DNA from: Podarcis liolepis
Taxonomy: Eukaryota
Length of the DNA: 64,000 bases
Strand: one strand, 5' to 3'
NCBI GenBank assembly: GCA_965112155.1
Contig: OZ218105.1
Numbering within the stretch: the first letter of the stretch is position 1; every line of letters starts with the position of its first letter. Positions 26,251 to 36,495 of this stretch are shown here, piece by piece. Below the pieces are notes generated by a model. That model was not told where the DNA came from, searched no databases, and saw only the letters and a program-made list of their open reading frames with translations. Made by a program: the position numbers and the translations under genes.

Positions 26251-26935
26251 AGCTACAGTGTCATCTTACATGAGGTAAGAAGGTCAGAACAATAGGGTAC
26301 TATTCATTTGCCTCACAACCCCAACATTTCTAACAACCTTCCCCAACCTATCCAATAACAAGCATGGGCATATTTGTCCCAGTACTAGGGAAACTAGACT
26401 GCACTCACAGTCTAAGGACAAAGCGTCTCCCACTTCCTCTTCTATTTATACTGCACTTTCCAAGAACTTTACCCTCATGTCAAGAAGGGAGTTCAGAGTG
26501 GGTCAGGAATAACTCACAAGGTTTCAGTAAAGTTAACTCTTTATTCAAAGAAACAAAACAGCTCAGGGTCCAGTGAGCACAGCAACTTTCCCCAGGAACT
26601 CAGCATACTGCATGTCTGCAAATACTAGTATGGGCATTTAACTATAGAATTAATAACATTATTTTATGATTTACTAAAGAAAAGAGACTGAATATTTTTG
26701 TGTGTTTAAATAGGTGAATAATTATTGGTTTAAAAAAATCCTGGAAAACACTGATTGAATCTTAAGTAATGGAGTAGTTAATAAGGCATTTAAAATCATG
26801 ATTATGTTATTAGATAGATTTCTTATTATGAATTCACAGGAGACATTCATTATCACTAACTGATTAAGGGAAAATTGTGAGTAAATTGAGCAAGCTGGCA
26901 TAGGACAGATGACTTTAAGTCCACTAGATTTTTAA

Positions 26936-27026
26936 GGTTGCAGTCTTTTAGCCACTTACCTGGGCAAAAGTCCCCTTAAATTCAATGGGGCTTGCTATGG
27001 AATAGACATAATTAGGATTGCACTGT
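26936..27026. mobile_element. Old ~90-bp palindromic MITE-like repeat (GCAATCC...CCCATTGAATTCAATGGG...GGATTGC type)
   Basis: Hairpin-like structure with related decayed copies at about 3268-3325, 18725-18790, 39065-39125, 43549-43602 and 61394-61480. Confidence 0.55.
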
Positions 27027-28756
27027 CAGCCAAAGCTAAAGAATAAGCGTTTTTATTTTATTTTATTTTATTTTATTTTAAGTAACTGATATAAAGTCCG
27101 CTAGTGATTTTGTATATATTGATTGATCATATGATCTTATCCTCAAGCTACACCCAATAGGCAAAACAGGATTCCCCTGTACTAGTGGAATCCAATGCTA
27201 TGCTGGAGGGAGGAGGATGTAACAATACTTTTGGCTGCTGGGATTCCAACAGCAGAAGAGGTGGAGTTGGGGGGACTTGGCCAAGTTAGCAGAATGGCAG
27301 GAAAAGAATGAAAGTTAGAATTCGATGCTTGTTCTAACAACTGAAGATAGAATAACTTTATACCTACTAAAAAGGTGCTGCTGCTTCCCTTTTCTTCATA
27401 TAAGCAAAACACTCACTGGAGTCAACCAGGAGCCAGAAAGCAGCCCCTTCCATTGCATTCCCAGCTACCATCACGAGCAGAATAGGATTCTGATGTAACT
27501 TGCAGCAAAATATTGCACACCACGAAGACTACATAAGGCCTACCAAGGAACACAGACCTTATACATCAAAAAGTGCACCATGGGCACACATATCCTTGCC
27601 CCCTTGTCTCAAGAAACATGAATGCACAAGTGGGAGTGCGAATAGAGTGCAAGTGGGAGTGCGAATAGTGGGAGTTAGCTCATACGAATAGAGTGGGTCA
27701 ACAGGATCAACTGAAGCATAGCAAAAGACTTAATAACCCTAGAAATATAGTTATAAAGCTATTGAAACAGACATGTAGGATAAAGGCACTGTGCATAATT
27801 CTTATTATACAGAAAAATGAATAACTGAAGACATCAAGTAGGTAGATTCAGTCTGCAATCCTAGCCCCATGATCTTTTTCCTGGCCACTGACACCATGGA
27901 AAGCACGGTGGATGGAATGATACCACGGGGAATGTTGCCACCAGCAATAGCAAGCAGAGGGCCCCAAACTGGGCTGTTACGGGGTGAAGTAGAATAGGAC
28001 TAGCCACAGATCTCCTGGATCTTAAGCACTCCATTCCCCTCAGAGAGGTCACCAACTGGGCCCACTAACTATGCCAGCCTGGAGCAGGCACAACAAAGAG
28101 TAATGAAAAGAACTGCCTCCTGCCATGTTCTCAGCTGGGTTGAGGATTGCTCGGCCCCTCACTAATACCTTATGATACAGTCAAGAAAATCTATATTGAG
28201 AAAAAGTTACATATCTGATAAAAATAGGGAATGCTAGTAAACATTGAAAGTGTTTCTTTTAAAAAGGTGGTTAGTGGTTAGAAGTGTAACAGAGGCTCAG
28301 TAACATCTGAAGATATTACTAAGGTCTGTATCAAGTACATTCGCATGAAAAGCCCAGGAGCTAAATTGTTAAAGAATCTGCAGGATTTGCCTCCATCCAT
28401 TTTATTTTATTACTTTCCTCATTATGGTGCAACAGAAGGCTATTAGCTTTCCCCTAATTAGCTATTAATAGATTAAATAGTCCACTAATATCCCAATAAA
28501 GAGACTAAATAGCAAGGCTGATTCCCCCCCCCCGTTTTTAAAATAAAAAATCTTGTTGATAATATTATCTCTGACAAAAATATCTCCAAGCAATTTCTGA
28601 ATGGTGCATGCAGTGGCGTAGCGTGGGGGGTGCCAGGGGTGCCGGCCGCACCGGGCGCAACATTTTTGGGGGCGCGTTTGGCCGGCCCACCTCGAGGAAG
28701 TGGGAACCTCTCCAAGGCACAGCGTGCCGTCGGTAGAGGAAAAAAGCCGCGCAGCA

Positions 28757-28848
28757 GCAAAGTCGGGAGGAGGAGGAGGTGGAGCGAGCCTGCTAATTCC
28801 TTGCAAAGTCGGGAGGAGGAGGAGGTGGAGCGAGCCTGCTAATTCCTT
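28757..28848 (+). repeat. Perfect 46-bp tandem duplication
   Basis: GCAAAGTCGGGAGGAGGAGGAGGTGGAGCGAGCCTGCTAATTCCTT twice. Confidence 0.95.
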
Positions 28849-29179
28849 GCTGGGAATTAAGCAGCTCAAAGAGGCAAAGGAAAAGAGGTGGAGCCGCTGG
28901 CCCGGAGGGGAGGAAGCTGGAAAGAGCAGCGCGCCAAGCGCACGTGACGCAAAGAGCCTGCCCAAGTGCAGGCTGAGCTCCCCGTGGCAGGGGCGGAGGG
29001 AGCCTCCCTTCCTTTTAATGGGCAAGCATTTTCACGCGGGGAATCGACAGCAAATCCTCGGGCAACTCTCGGGGAAGGGGGCATGTGGGAGAAGTGTGGA
29101 TACCTCGGTTGGTTGGAGCGCGGTGATGAGAACGCCAAGGTTGTGTCTCTGATCCTCGTTTGGGACGGCTGCATATTTA

Positions 29180-29241
29180 TCCCTGCATTGCAGGGGGGGT
29201 TGGACTCGATGACCCCCAGGGTCCCTTCTAACTCTATGATT
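29180..29241 (+). mobile_element. CR1 3' end fragment within the cargo
   Basis: CCTGCATTGCAGGGGGGGTTGGACTCGATGACCCCCAGGGTCCCTTCTAACTCTATGATT. Confidence 0.75.
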
Positions 29242-29882
29242 GGCGGGGGGGGGACTGGACTGAGAGGCTGGCCTTAGGGACAGAGGCAGATCTAGCTGCT
29301 CCAGCGCCCGGAGCGGTGCACATGCCATGGGGTGAGTGTCCCAGGGGGAGAGATGCCCATGGGGGGGTGGAGCGAGCTGTCCATGCTGGGCTGCTTCCTG
29401 GGGGGTGGGGAGCCATGCCGCTTTGCCAGCGCCCTTCTTCCTTTCCCTCTTCCTTTTAACAGCTATGGGGAGGCTCCCCCCCCCCAAGCAGCCCGGAAGC
29501 GAGGGGCAATGGCGCGACGCCGGCCCACAACTCCAAAGCCTCCCCCAGCTGTCAAAACAAAGGGGGAAGGTGGGGAAGGCCGCTGGCAAGGCGGCGCATC
29601 TCCACCCCTTCCCCTGACGGCTCGGGGTAGGCCTGGGAGTCACGGTGCGCCGAATGTCATCCCCCTCAGTGATGACACCTGGTGTGGACCGCCCCCACCG
29701 CCCCCTTCCTCTGCCCCTGCATAGGGACAGGCAGAGCCTGGGCTCCTCGGAGTTGACAAATGGAGGGGACCAGCAGCTGCCCAAAGAGGGGAAATATGAT
29801 TGACTTATTCGCAGAATCTATAGCCCTCTCTACAGCTGAATTCTCCCCACTCCCAAGAGTGGGGAGCAAAGTAATGAAAACA

Positions 29883-29927
<45 letters not shown>

Positions 29928-30247
29928 TTATTTAAGCCCTGCCTATCTGGCTGGGTTTACCCAGCCACTCTGGGTGGCTTCCAACAGAATGTTAAAGTAC
30001 AATAACCTATTAAACATTAAAAGCTTCCCTAAACAGGGCTGCCTTCTGATGTCTTCTAAAAGTCTGGTAGTTGTTCTTCTCTTTGACATCTGGTGGGAGG
30101 GCGTTCCACAGGGCAGGCGCCACCAGCAAGAAGGCCCTCTGCCTGGTTCCCTGCAACTTGGCTTCTCATGAGGGGACCGCCAGAAGGCCCTCGGAGCTGG
30201 ACCTCAGTGTCCAGGCAGAACAATGGGGGTGGAGATGCTCCTTCAGG
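29883..30247 (-). mobile_element. L2 3' end with (AAT)n tail within the composite hAT unit
   Basis: Highly similar to 19752-20076; (AAT)n at 29883-29927. Confidence 0.9.
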
Positions 30248-30385
30248 AAGAAGAACAATTTACAAAATCTTTTAAACAGGTCCATTGAAAAACTAATCAA
30301 CGTCCTATTTGTCTGGGGGGAGGTGGGGGGCAGTGCCTGCCTGCCCCTTTCAAGCACGGCTGGGAAGAGGCCTCTGCAGGCTGAG

Positions 30386-30533
30386 CAGTGGCGTAGTGTG
30401 GGGGGTGCAGGGGGGGGCCGGCCGCACCGGGCGCAACATCTGGGGGTTAGGGTTAGGGGGCGCAAATCCACGGGTTAGGGGGCGCAAATTACTTCCCTTG
30501 CCCCGGGTGCTGACAACCCACGCTACGCCACTG
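30386..30533. mobile_element. 148-bp hAT-type MITE forming the right end of the composite unit
   Basis: Left TIR CAGTGGCGTAGTGTGGG, subterminal GGGGGCGCAA and GGGTTAGGG repeats, and the right TIR. Its own left flank AGGCTGAG does not match the right TSD. Confidence 0.85.
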
Positions 30534-30829
30534 GGTGCATGTACTGCATCTTGTGCAGTCAAGTGTAAGGGAACTTTAGCTGGAGTGGACTCAGTAAATT
30601 GGCAATGTGTGGTATTAAAAGAGATTCAATGGGTAGATATGTTCTTTGAAAAGGTTATCTAGAAGCTGTTATCTAGATGCTTACAGTGGTATCAGTAAAG
30701 TCACCAAATGGACCACAGAAATAATTTTGCAAAAGATATATGAGCAAATGAATGCACTGAGGAATGCTCCCCCCCCCCGCCATTTAACTGTAATTATAAA
30801 GTCAGGGTTTTCTGAGTGCAACTGAACAC

Positions 30830-31016
30830 AGGAAGCAGCTTCATTCTGAATCATGCCATTATTCCATTTAGCTCAGAATTATCTCCACTGTGTGGCAGCA
30901 GCTGCCCAGGGTTTCCAATAGAGATCTTTTCCAGTCCTTTCTGGAGATGATGGGGACTTAACTGTGGACCATTTGCATACAAAACCTGTGCTCTACCAGT
31001 TAGCTATAGCCCTTCT
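30830..31016 (-). mobile_element. Old tRNA-derived SINE (Squam3-like)
   Basis: The minus strand starts GAAGGGCTATAGCTAACTGGTAGAGCAC...GGTCCACAGTTAAGTCCCCATCATCTCCAG (decayed A/B boxes), followed by AAACCCTGGGCAGCTGCTGCC. Confidence 0.6.
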
Positions 31017-31921
31017 TCAAAAACATATTTACTTGGATATTGAGAACTGTGAATATTAGGAAGTTCGTGGAAAAGAAATGTCCCGACTCTTCTTCCTGTT
31101 GCAGCCCCTTGAAAAGCCTCTACATAGAGTTGGTGGAGGATTCTCTAGAACAGGCTAAGAATGGCACAGAAAGTTGCAGGAAGGGGATATTAAAAGCCCT
31201 CTTCTATCTACTTACTTCTGTTCTGAGGTTCCATGTTATTATACCTTCTACTCAGTAGTTTATTGGCCAGAGTATTATATTATACATATTATAATTTATT
31301 ACATGCAATAGACAAAGGAACTGTAAAAACAGCCACTCAGTCATTTTCAGATTTCTCAGAATAATGCAACTCAGCACTAGAGGAATCCAATGCAATGTTC
31401 CAAAATGCTTGCTACAAGGGTGGGATAAAGATGGTTTGCCGAATCATCATGTAAATGAACTAGATGGTTCTAAATGTTTGTAAGGGCAATTATAAGATCT
31501 GTTAGAATAAACTGATCCAGAGTGACAGATAGACACACAGGTGTGGCTAGGAAAGGTTAATAAAACTTAATATTAATTAATCTTTTTTCCTGAAACATTT
31601 TTTTTTAATTCACTACTAAATCTTGCAAACTGCTAGCACAGGAAAGTGCAAAACGTGACATTATTAACAATCTACAAAAAGCAGATAACTCATACACATA
31701 CTATACATGTCTAAATCACCATGTTTCATAACAATCCTTAAGGATGTACGAGATTCGAGACACCAGGACTACTACAAAGCTGATAGTAAAACACAAACCA
31801 GGAAAAGATACATATAATTTCTCAGTATAGATTATAACATGTAAAAATCTATGTAGGTCTCCTGTCTTAGCAGCTTTATGCATCATCATAAGGATATATT
31901 TATTAAGGGACACCAGCTCTC

Positions 31922-33813
31922 CACTGGTCAACAACAAATTTATTGTCTGCGTTTTTTCAGTTGATTTAGGACAAATCTGATGTGCTGAATCCAAAAATCA
32001 CATTGGTTTTGCTCAATCAGGTCAAGTTTTTGAGCTATGGCCACAAGTCTTTTTTTACGTTTTTGTTCACAAGTACGCTTGTGTGGAGCATTTTAGAAGA
32101 AGTTCGTGGGGGTAAAATGCCATGTCGAATAATTGTTTTGATTGGAAATGATCGTTTTAATGACAAGAAGTATTCAGGTCCGATAGTTCTGGGTGATTAT
32201 GTTGAAAAGGGATCAGTTTGAAGTCATAAAACCTCGAAATCTTCCATAAATTGGTGCGGCTGGGATCAACAGAAAGAACCGGAGCAGCCTCAAGTATCCT
32301 GATCTTCAATCAGCACGTCGTCCTGTAGCTCATTGTGATGAAATTCCAGTGCCTATCTTCGGAGAACTTCCTGACATTAGTGACAAAGATGCCTCCAGTG
32401 TTGAAGGACATGAAGAAGAAGTGGTTCTTGAAGATGATGCTCCACATCCATTTTCCCAAAAGGAGTTGAATGATCTAGTTCACGACCTCAGCTTGTCAAA
32501 GGACTCTGCCGAATTGTTGGCATCCAGATTGAAGGAAAAAAACCTCCTCTCTGACAGTGCTCGCATCAGCTTCTTCCGCAACAGGCATCAAAAGTACCTC
32601 CGTTTTTTCTCGGAAGAGAAGGACTTGGTGTACTGTGCAGATATTGCACAGCTTCTGCTCAAGCTTGGAGTGCCACAGTACGAACCCAAAGATTGGAGAC
32701 TGTTCATTGACAGCAGCAAGCAATCACTGAAATGTGTTCTGCTGCACAATGGCAACCAGTTTGCCTCTATACCCCTGGCTCACTCGAGTACACTGAAGGA
32801 GAACTATGAAGCAGTGAAGTATGTGCTGGAGAAAATTGGTTATGATCAGCATAAATGGTTTATTTGTGTTGACCTGAAGATGGTGAACTTTTTGTTGGGA
32901 CAACAGTCTGGCTTCACCAAGTACCCATGTTTTCTGTGTATGTGGGATAGGAGGGACCGTGCTCAGCATTACACGAAGAAGGACTGGCCTGTGCAGGAGG
33001 AATTGGTGCCTTGCAAAGAAAGGAACGTCATCAACAACCCTCTGGTGGACAGAGACAGAATAGTCTTTCCACCGCTGCACATCAAGCTCGGCTTAATCAA
33101 GCATTTCACCAAGGCTTTGGACAAGGATGGTGACTGCTTCACTTACTTGAGCCAGGCTTTTCCAGGATGGACCATGGAGAAGTTGAAAGCTGGCATCTTT
33201 GACGGTCCTCAGATCCGTCAGCTCATCAGCGATCCAGAGTTCAGAAACTCAATGAATGAAGTGGAACTGGAAGCATGGAAGGCATTTGTTCTGGTAGTGA
33301 AGAACTTTCTTGGCAACAATAGGGCCAGAAACTACGCAGAACTTGTCAACAACATGCTGACTGTTTTCAGAAACCTGGGCTGAAACATGAGCGTCAAGAT
33401 GCACTACCTATTTTCACATATGGACCGGTTTCCTGAGAACCTGGGTTCAGTGAGTGACGAGCAGGGGGAGAGATTCCATCAGGACATGAAAGAGATGGAG
33501 ACCAGGTATCAGGGTCTCTGGGACGCAGTCATGATGGCTGACTACTGTTGGACTCTGAAGAGAGACCTCCCTGCCGCTGAGCATTCCAGGAGTTCCAAGA
33601 AACAGAAGCTCAAGCCCTGAAGTTTGAAAAATGGTGAAGCAACATGCAATTTACGTGTACTTATGTTTATCAATGCCCACCATTCAGTTTACAGTAAACC
33701 TGACCTGATGGAGAGAAACGGATGCCATTTCCTGATTCAGCAGTGCAAAAATACCCTAAATCAGTTGTAGAAATCTAGACAACATTCAAAAAGTAAAAAA
33801 TTGTTGCCCAGTG
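31922..33813 (+). mobile_element. Chapaev3-like (CMC superfamily) DNA transposon
   Basis: Termini CACTGGTCAACAA ... TTGTTGCCCAGTG (12/13). Imperfect TIRs extend about 110 bp (shared TGATTTAGG, TGCTGAATC, ATCAGGTCA.GTTT). Encloses a transposase frame. No TSD recognisable. Confidence 0.8.
32250..33620 (+). pseudogene. DDE transposase pseudogene (Chapaev3-like), one in-frame stop and missing N-terminus
   Basis: One frame is open from 32250 (GINRKNRSSLKYPDLQSARRPVAHCDEIPVP...) through WRLFIDSS, ICVDLKM, TKYPCFLCMWD, PPLHIKLGL and GIFDGPQIR. TGA at 33381-33383 is followed in frame by NMSVKMHYLFSHMDRFPENLGSVSDEQGERFHQDM...MMADYCW to the stop at 33620. This joins ORFs 32349-33383 and 33387-33620. 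Confidence 0.88.
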
Positions 33814-33967
33814 AATAGAAAACCAAACAGAAGAAGAGTTGCCAACTGTTTTTGTTGTTCTTCCATGTTCAGGAACAAAAGCAAGAAGACAATGTATTTA
33901 AATTAGTCACTAATTTGAAAGATACAGAACAATAACAAGGCTACTTACAATGGGTGCAATCCCGCCT

Positions 33968-34323
33968 AGGTAAAAGTAAAGGGACCCCTGACCATTAGGT
34001 CCAGCCACAGACGACTCTGGGGTTGCAGCGCTCATCTCGCTTTACTGGCCGAGGGAGCCAACGTATGGTTTCTGGGTCATGTGGCCAGCACGACTAAGCC
34101 GCTTTCTGGCAAACCAGAGCAGTGCATGGAAATGCCATTTACCTTCCTGCTGGAGCGGTACCTATTTATCTACTTGCACTGTGACATGCTTTCAAACTGC
34201 TAGGTTGGCAGGAGCAGGGACCTAGCAACAGGAGCTCACCCCTTTGTGGGGATTTGAACCACCAACCTTCTGATTGGCAAGCCCTGGGCTCAGTAGTTTA
34301 ACCCACAGCACCACCCGCGTCCC
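33968..34323 (-). mobile_element. Sauria-type SINE, full length
   Basis: Reverse complement of the 24839-25193 family, with GGTAAA tail at left and CCACCCGCGTCCC head at right. Confidence 0.92.
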
Positions 34324-34621
34324 CTACCTACCGTTAAGTATGGCTAAGGGGCCTCAGGATGTGATCTAAGTGCTCCTCCACTGGTTGAGATGGACGTACA
34401 CTGGCAGGATGATGCTTACACTACCAGATGCCCCTTGTCACGCTGACAGAAAACAGTGCCCCTGTAGCTGTTCCACCAGCAAAGTTCTGCTGGCAGAATG
34501 GGGAGTGGGGCACAATGGGGTGGGTGCTGATGCACCACACCCCCAAAGTCCCCTCATTTTCCCCAGGAACCATTGAGATTCTATGCCAGCAAGTTTGTTG
34601 CTCTTTACTGAAAATATAAGC

Positions 34622-34661
34622 AATTTATAGGAAAGAGCAAAAATTTATAGGAAAGAGCAAA
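34622..34661 (+). repeat. Perfect 20-bp tandem duplication
   Basis: AATTTATAGGAAAGAGCAAA twice. Confidence 0.9.
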
Positions 34662-36379
34662 AATTGTTACAACAAATAAGGTTTGAGTGAAAATAATGCA
34701 CCATAGTCCAGATAGTACAAATGTTTTGAATGCTTCAAATGCCTATGAATTCATATACCCATGGTATTTAGCATTTTATATGATAAACTGTCTCACACAA
34801 TGTTGGAAATGCAAGGTACAAAATGCAGATCATTACCTTCGTTAGTGGTCTTGTCACAGTATTGTAAAGTTCAGGACTAAAATGCTGAGTTTAATAACGG
34901 ATGTAACTTGGAACATGTTCTCATTGGATCCAAAGGTGATGTTATTGTGTCATTTAAATAGTAAAACAGATGGAAGTGATATAGTTTTGGTGCTAAATAT
35001 ATTAACTGTAGCACGACCAGAAATTGTTATGGCAGAAAAGACAATGAAATAGCATTTAAAAAATGGATATGCTTTGGGGGGGGATATAGAACACAGAAGA
35101 ACCAATAAGATATTAAAAGTCCCAGAAGAAAAGGTATCATATTTTTATTATTAATCTGAAATACAGGGTAACCAATTTTCCTCTATTTTATGTTTCTATA
35201 CCATTGATTTGAAAGGTGTATTTTTTTTTTAAACAATAAACTAATAAAAAGGAGAACTCCTATTGCAGCCAAGAAAGAACAACCCAGTGAGTCACAGAAA
35301 GGAGAATTGTGCGTAACTCATTAGGGCTTAATTTCTCTTAATTACAGATATATGATGTGACATGGAGTGATTGAGAGGACCACACTGTCAGTTTTCATCA
35401 ACATAACCTTAAATAGGTCAATGTCAGGAAGCTTTTAAAGAAATCATATTGCAGCTGAGGAGAAAATCTTTCTGATAAAGCAAAATATGGAAATTACATT
35501 GTTTTGAGCTGCTTGATAAATTGGGACATCTATATGAATAATCTTAGGCAGAACCAACCAAATAGGACAAAGGCAGCCATAGTCATCTGTACAGCTGCAT
35601 TCCAACACACGTTAGCAAATATTTAAGAGCAGGTAAACTTCCCCACATAAAACCATTTGATAAGTTGGTCATGTGTATCCTCTCCCCAGTCCTAGCATAT
35701 GAAGGAAGACTTAAAGGTGTATAAACCATTTGGGTGCATCTTTCAAACTATCAATTCTAGCTGAATAAAGCCAGCTAGTCTGAAGGGTGGGACTGCACTA
35801 AGGGCTGTATTGCAATCACCCTCTTGCCTTGAAGGGATATGTGTCAGGGCGCTTAATAACACATATCCCACTTTCCTCTCTTGGCTTTTAGTAAGAAGGC
35901 AAACTTTTCATGCCTCCATAGGAGTAAAGTTAGGAGTAAAGTTGCCAAATATTCATGAAAGCCATTGGCATTGGCATCATTGTCTCTAGCAGCAACTTGT
36001 GCTGTAAACTACCTTTTGATTTAAAACAGGGATAGAGAACTTGTGGCCTTCTAGATCCTGTTGATTGCAGCCCCCATCATCATTGGCCACTGGGAATGCT
36101 GGAGGGGTCTGATGGGAGCTGGAGGCCAACAACACCTGGAGGGCCACTGGTTCATCACACCTGGTTTCCAGGGACTGGGGAGATTGCCGAAAGAACTGTA
36201 ATTGGGCAGACTGTGTGAACCTAAAAAATAAGTCAATGGGTGAGGACAGTTGAGCCATATAATTCTGAAAGTGTCTGCTGAATGAGCAGAAGGGAATAAG
36301 TGAAAGAAAAGTGCTTTAAAGAGTAGAACCAGTACAAAGAGACAGGGGGATAGTGAAGATGATGAATAACTGACATAAT

Positions 36380-36495
36380 ATGATCGTGACACCCAGTGCA
36401 ATTAATACACTTGAAGCTGTATTATGAACCAGCTGAAGTTTCTGGACCATTTTCAAATACAATCCCACAACATTATTTAGTTGCATGTTCCTTAT
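36380..36495 (-). mobile_element. Old L2 ORF2 fragment
   Basis: GLYLKMVQKLQLVHNTAS resembles the L2 GLPLK...KLQL.QNAAAR motif. Confidence 0.55.

Larger units (their letters stand above)
28611..30533. mobile_element. Composite non-autonomous hAT-type element carrying GC-rich cargo (Pack-like)
   Basis: Perfect 17-bp TIRs CAGTGGCGTAGCGTGGG (28611-28627) and CCCACGCTACGCCACTG (30517-30533). Perfect 8-bp TSD GGTGCATG (28603-28610 and 30534-30541). A second left end starts at 30386. Confidence 0.88.

Noticed and set aside
28967-28978. 12-mer TGCAGGCTGAGC repeated at 30375-30386 next to the inner TIR
   Set aside because: No transposon end adjoins the first copy, so it cannot be shown to be a TSD. 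It may be chance in GC-rich DNA.
28465-29869. Many overlapping long ORFs (up to 250 aa) in the GC-rich region
   Set aside because: Stop-poor GC-rich DNA opens frames on both strands. The peptides are low-complexity, run through a CR1 scrap and a tandem duplication, and show no recognisable domain.
32349-33620. Treating the 344-aa and 77-aa ORFs as two host genes, a domesticated gene or a selenocysteine read-through
   Set aside because: They are one transposase frame split by a single stop, enclosed by TIRs, with no ATG start. A nonsense mutation is the simplest explanation.
35834-35869. 11-bp stem-loop GGGATATGTGT...ACACATATCCC as a miRNA or structural RNA
   Set aside because: Too short for a pre-miRNA and has no other supporting features.
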